Origin: a virus
Taxonomy: Duplodnaviria > Caudoviricetes
IMG/VR virus record: IMGVR_UViG_3300037714_000156
Span: 1-63,965 of that record
DNA: 63,965 bases
Reading direction: 5' to 3' (one strand)
Translations under genes and position numbers: made by a program
Shown here: one piece after another, positions 62,205 through 63,965 of the stretch
Layout: the number at the start of each line of letters is the position of its first letter
Position numbering within the stretch: position 1 is the stretch's first letter
The notes under the pieces: generated by a model
What the model was told of the DNA's origin: nothing
The model's database searches: none
The model's input: only the letters and a program-made list of their open reading frames with translations

Positions 62205-63503
62205 ATGGGAAATCTAAATCAAGAACTAAGGATGTACCGTACGGCTTTATCGAAGAAACTCGGTATGAGCCAATGGTTTCAGATCCCGGTTTGGGGTGAT
62301 CTCATCGGTCACATCGGCGGGATGAATGAATACGGTTATCCACGTTCAGTACCTTATGGTGCGACCAAAGGTAGAAAACTAAAACCAACAGGTAAGGTAG
62401 TTGAAGTTTTAACCGACTGGTTCCATCAGGGCGGTTGGGATATTGACATACCAATGTTACTGCCATTAACAGAAGACCCGGTTGTTGGAGACGATCAGGC
62501 GAAAGGCAACGAGGAAGATAGAAAGTGGGTATATAATAAAGCGTACATCACTCAAGTCAGAAAACCTGCTAAAATCTCCGACGGGGCAATGGGTGATCTT
62601 GCTATCAATCCTGACTATCTAAAGCAGATGTGGAATAACCTTCACAAAGATTTTTCTGAATTTAATATGCGGTTACAGGCGTACAGTCCGTATGATGCAA
62701 TTTACAGAGGGTTCGATAATCAGCTTATCAGAAGCAAAGAACTTCCTGATTGCGTTCAGAAATCTCATCCAAACTTCTACATAGAAGGTTTCGGGAAAGT
62801 TCCTTACAACGCCAACAACACCACCTATGAAACAGCGATTGCAGCACAGCTCGCTAACTTAGGTGCAGAGGATAAAATGACAATGAAGACTCTCCGGAAA
62901 ATGCAAATGGCTGCAAACGAACACATGATAGTACCGCCGACAATGACAGTATTAGGACATCAGATAAAAGGTATTTGCATTATGAACGACAGACAGTTCG
63001 CTCAGCTTGCCGAAGACCCGTTGTTTGAAAAAGTTCATATCGCCCTTATCACTAAGGACGGAAACCAGGCAGCACTTTTCACAGGTGCTTATGAAGTACA
63101 CCTCGTCGAGGGAGTTCTAATCCTGGTTGATGTGAATAATCCTGGTATATGGTTAGCCGGTGATGATCCTGCCTATGACGCAACAAAAGGAATAATCAAC
63201 TATGGAAATCCGCATCCATTAAAAAACCCGGTTCATAACTCAGACATAAAAGTTGCGATCTTCTTAGGAGCATCTGCAATCCTTTGTGGAACAACAAAAC
63301 AATTGCAGTTCAAGAATGAAACTGACGATTATGAGAATGTTCGAGGCGAAGCATCCATCACAGTCGTAGGTTATAACAGAGCAGACAGAATAAATGCCGA
63401 CAGAAAAGTTCCTGATGCTGAACACATCCTGAACTCAAGTTCTTTGGTTGTTGCGACATACACACCACAGAACATTGCATGGCAGACTCAGCAAAGTTCG
63501 TAA
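62205..63503 (+). CDS. Major capsid protein (N4 gp56/DUF4043-like)
   Basis: 432 aa; PVVGDDQAKGNEE, ALFTGA, AIFLGASA, FKNETDDYEN; AAGGAG RBS. Confidence 0.8.
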   Translation: MGNLNQELRMYRTALSKKLGMSQWFQIPVWGDLIGHIGGMNEYGYPRSVPYGATKGRKLKPTGKVVEVLTDWFHQGGWDIDIPMLLPLTEDPVVGDDQAKGNEEDRKWVYNKAYITQVRKPAKISDGAMGDLAINPDYLKQMWNNLHKDFSEFNMRLQAYSPYDAIYRGFDNQLIRSKELPDCVQKSHPNFYIEGFGKVPYNANNTTYETAIAAQLANLGAEDKMTMKTLRKMQMAANEHMIVPPTMTVLGHQIKGICIMNDRQFAQLAEDPLFEKVHIALITKDGNQAALFTGAYEVHLVEGVLILVDVNNPGIWLAGDDPAYDATKGIINYGNPHPLKNPVHNSDIKVAIFLGASAILCGTTKQLQFKNETDDYENVRGEASITVVGYNRADRINADRKVPDAEHILNSSSLVVATYTPQNIAWQTQQSS

Positions 63504-63555
63504 TCAAAAAAATTGATTAAATAATATTGATAAATAATAAAAGGAGATTTTAATT

Positions 63556-63882
63556 ATGGCTAAATTAGGTAACAGGGCAACCTGGGGCGTACTGATAACG
63601 TCAGACAGACCACGGGATGTGCTAAAAATATCAGAAGAAACAGAAGCCACATTGGACCTGGTTGCCGGACTCAATGGTAAAAACCAAGCAGGAGAAAACA
63701 AACAACTGATTATTATTGTTCATAACGGCTCAGTTGCTCCTGTTCTGACAGATTACCCGGATGTCCCGGTAGGCACATTAATCCTCACTCCCGGAGTGAG
63801 CGTAATTTTCGGTTATCAACGCATTGTGAAATCTGCGGACGATGCAACCGATTGGAATAAAATAGCAAAGGCAGCCGTATAA
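63556..63882 (+). CDS. Capsid decoration/minor head protein (putative)
   Basis: 108 aa after the capsid gene; AAGGAG RBS; followed by a terminator. Confidence 0.55.
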   Translation: MAKLGNRATWGVLITSDRPRDVLKISEETEATLDLVAGLNGKNQAGENKQLIIIVHNGSVAPVLTDYPDVPVGTLILTPGVSVIFGYQRIVKSADDATDWNKIAKAAV

Positions 63883-63965
63883 AATAGTAACCGGCTAAAA
63901 TCAATTTCAGGACTCCCGCTCTGCTATTGCGGAAGCGGGAGTTTTAATAAAAGGACAAATACATT
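63839..63965. repeat. Second copy of the terminal overlap
   Basis: Identical to 1-127. Confidence 0.95.

Noticed and set aside
63839-63965. 127-bp terminal repeat as a biological direct terminal repeat
   Set aside because: Its length equals a common assembler k-mer and it begins inside a gene; best read as circular overlap
1-63965. Stop-codon recoding, tRNA genes, integrase
   Set aside because: Standard-code ORFs tile the genome densely; no cloverleaf or recombinase motifs recognised by eye (tRNAscan and HMM searches would be decisive)

Overview
The window is a complete, circularly closed genome of a tailed dsDNA phage, about 63,838 bp plus a 127-nt terminal overlap (1-127 = 63839-63965). 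It is podovirus-like, and essentially all genes lie on the + strand. Gene order: head-completion/tail and lysis genes (128-14034); ejection proteins and a 4654-aa DarB-like polyvalent protein (14036-29967); early recombination/replication and accessory genes (30073-49509); terminase and portal (49667-54448); a KhpA plus glycosyltransferase/methyltransferase/Stealth cluster (55896-59656); head genes (59905-63882). I recognised no integrase, DNA polymerase, tRNA or CRISPR array. Gln directly after predicted signal peptides and TAnnTTTG promoter boxes suggest an FCB-group host. The most notable findings are: (1) two integrase-less arrays of integron-like cassettes whose attC-like sites are inverted relative to the genes and carry the RBS and start codon inside their loop; (2) a candidate late sRNA complementary to the AGAAAGGAA ribosome-binding sites of early genes, on a genome that also encodes KhpA; (3) genes nested in an alternative frame inside the giant ORF; (4) a tail nozzle gene apparently split in three around signal-peptide-bearing proteins. 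All family assignments come from motif recognition by eye; no database searches were run.
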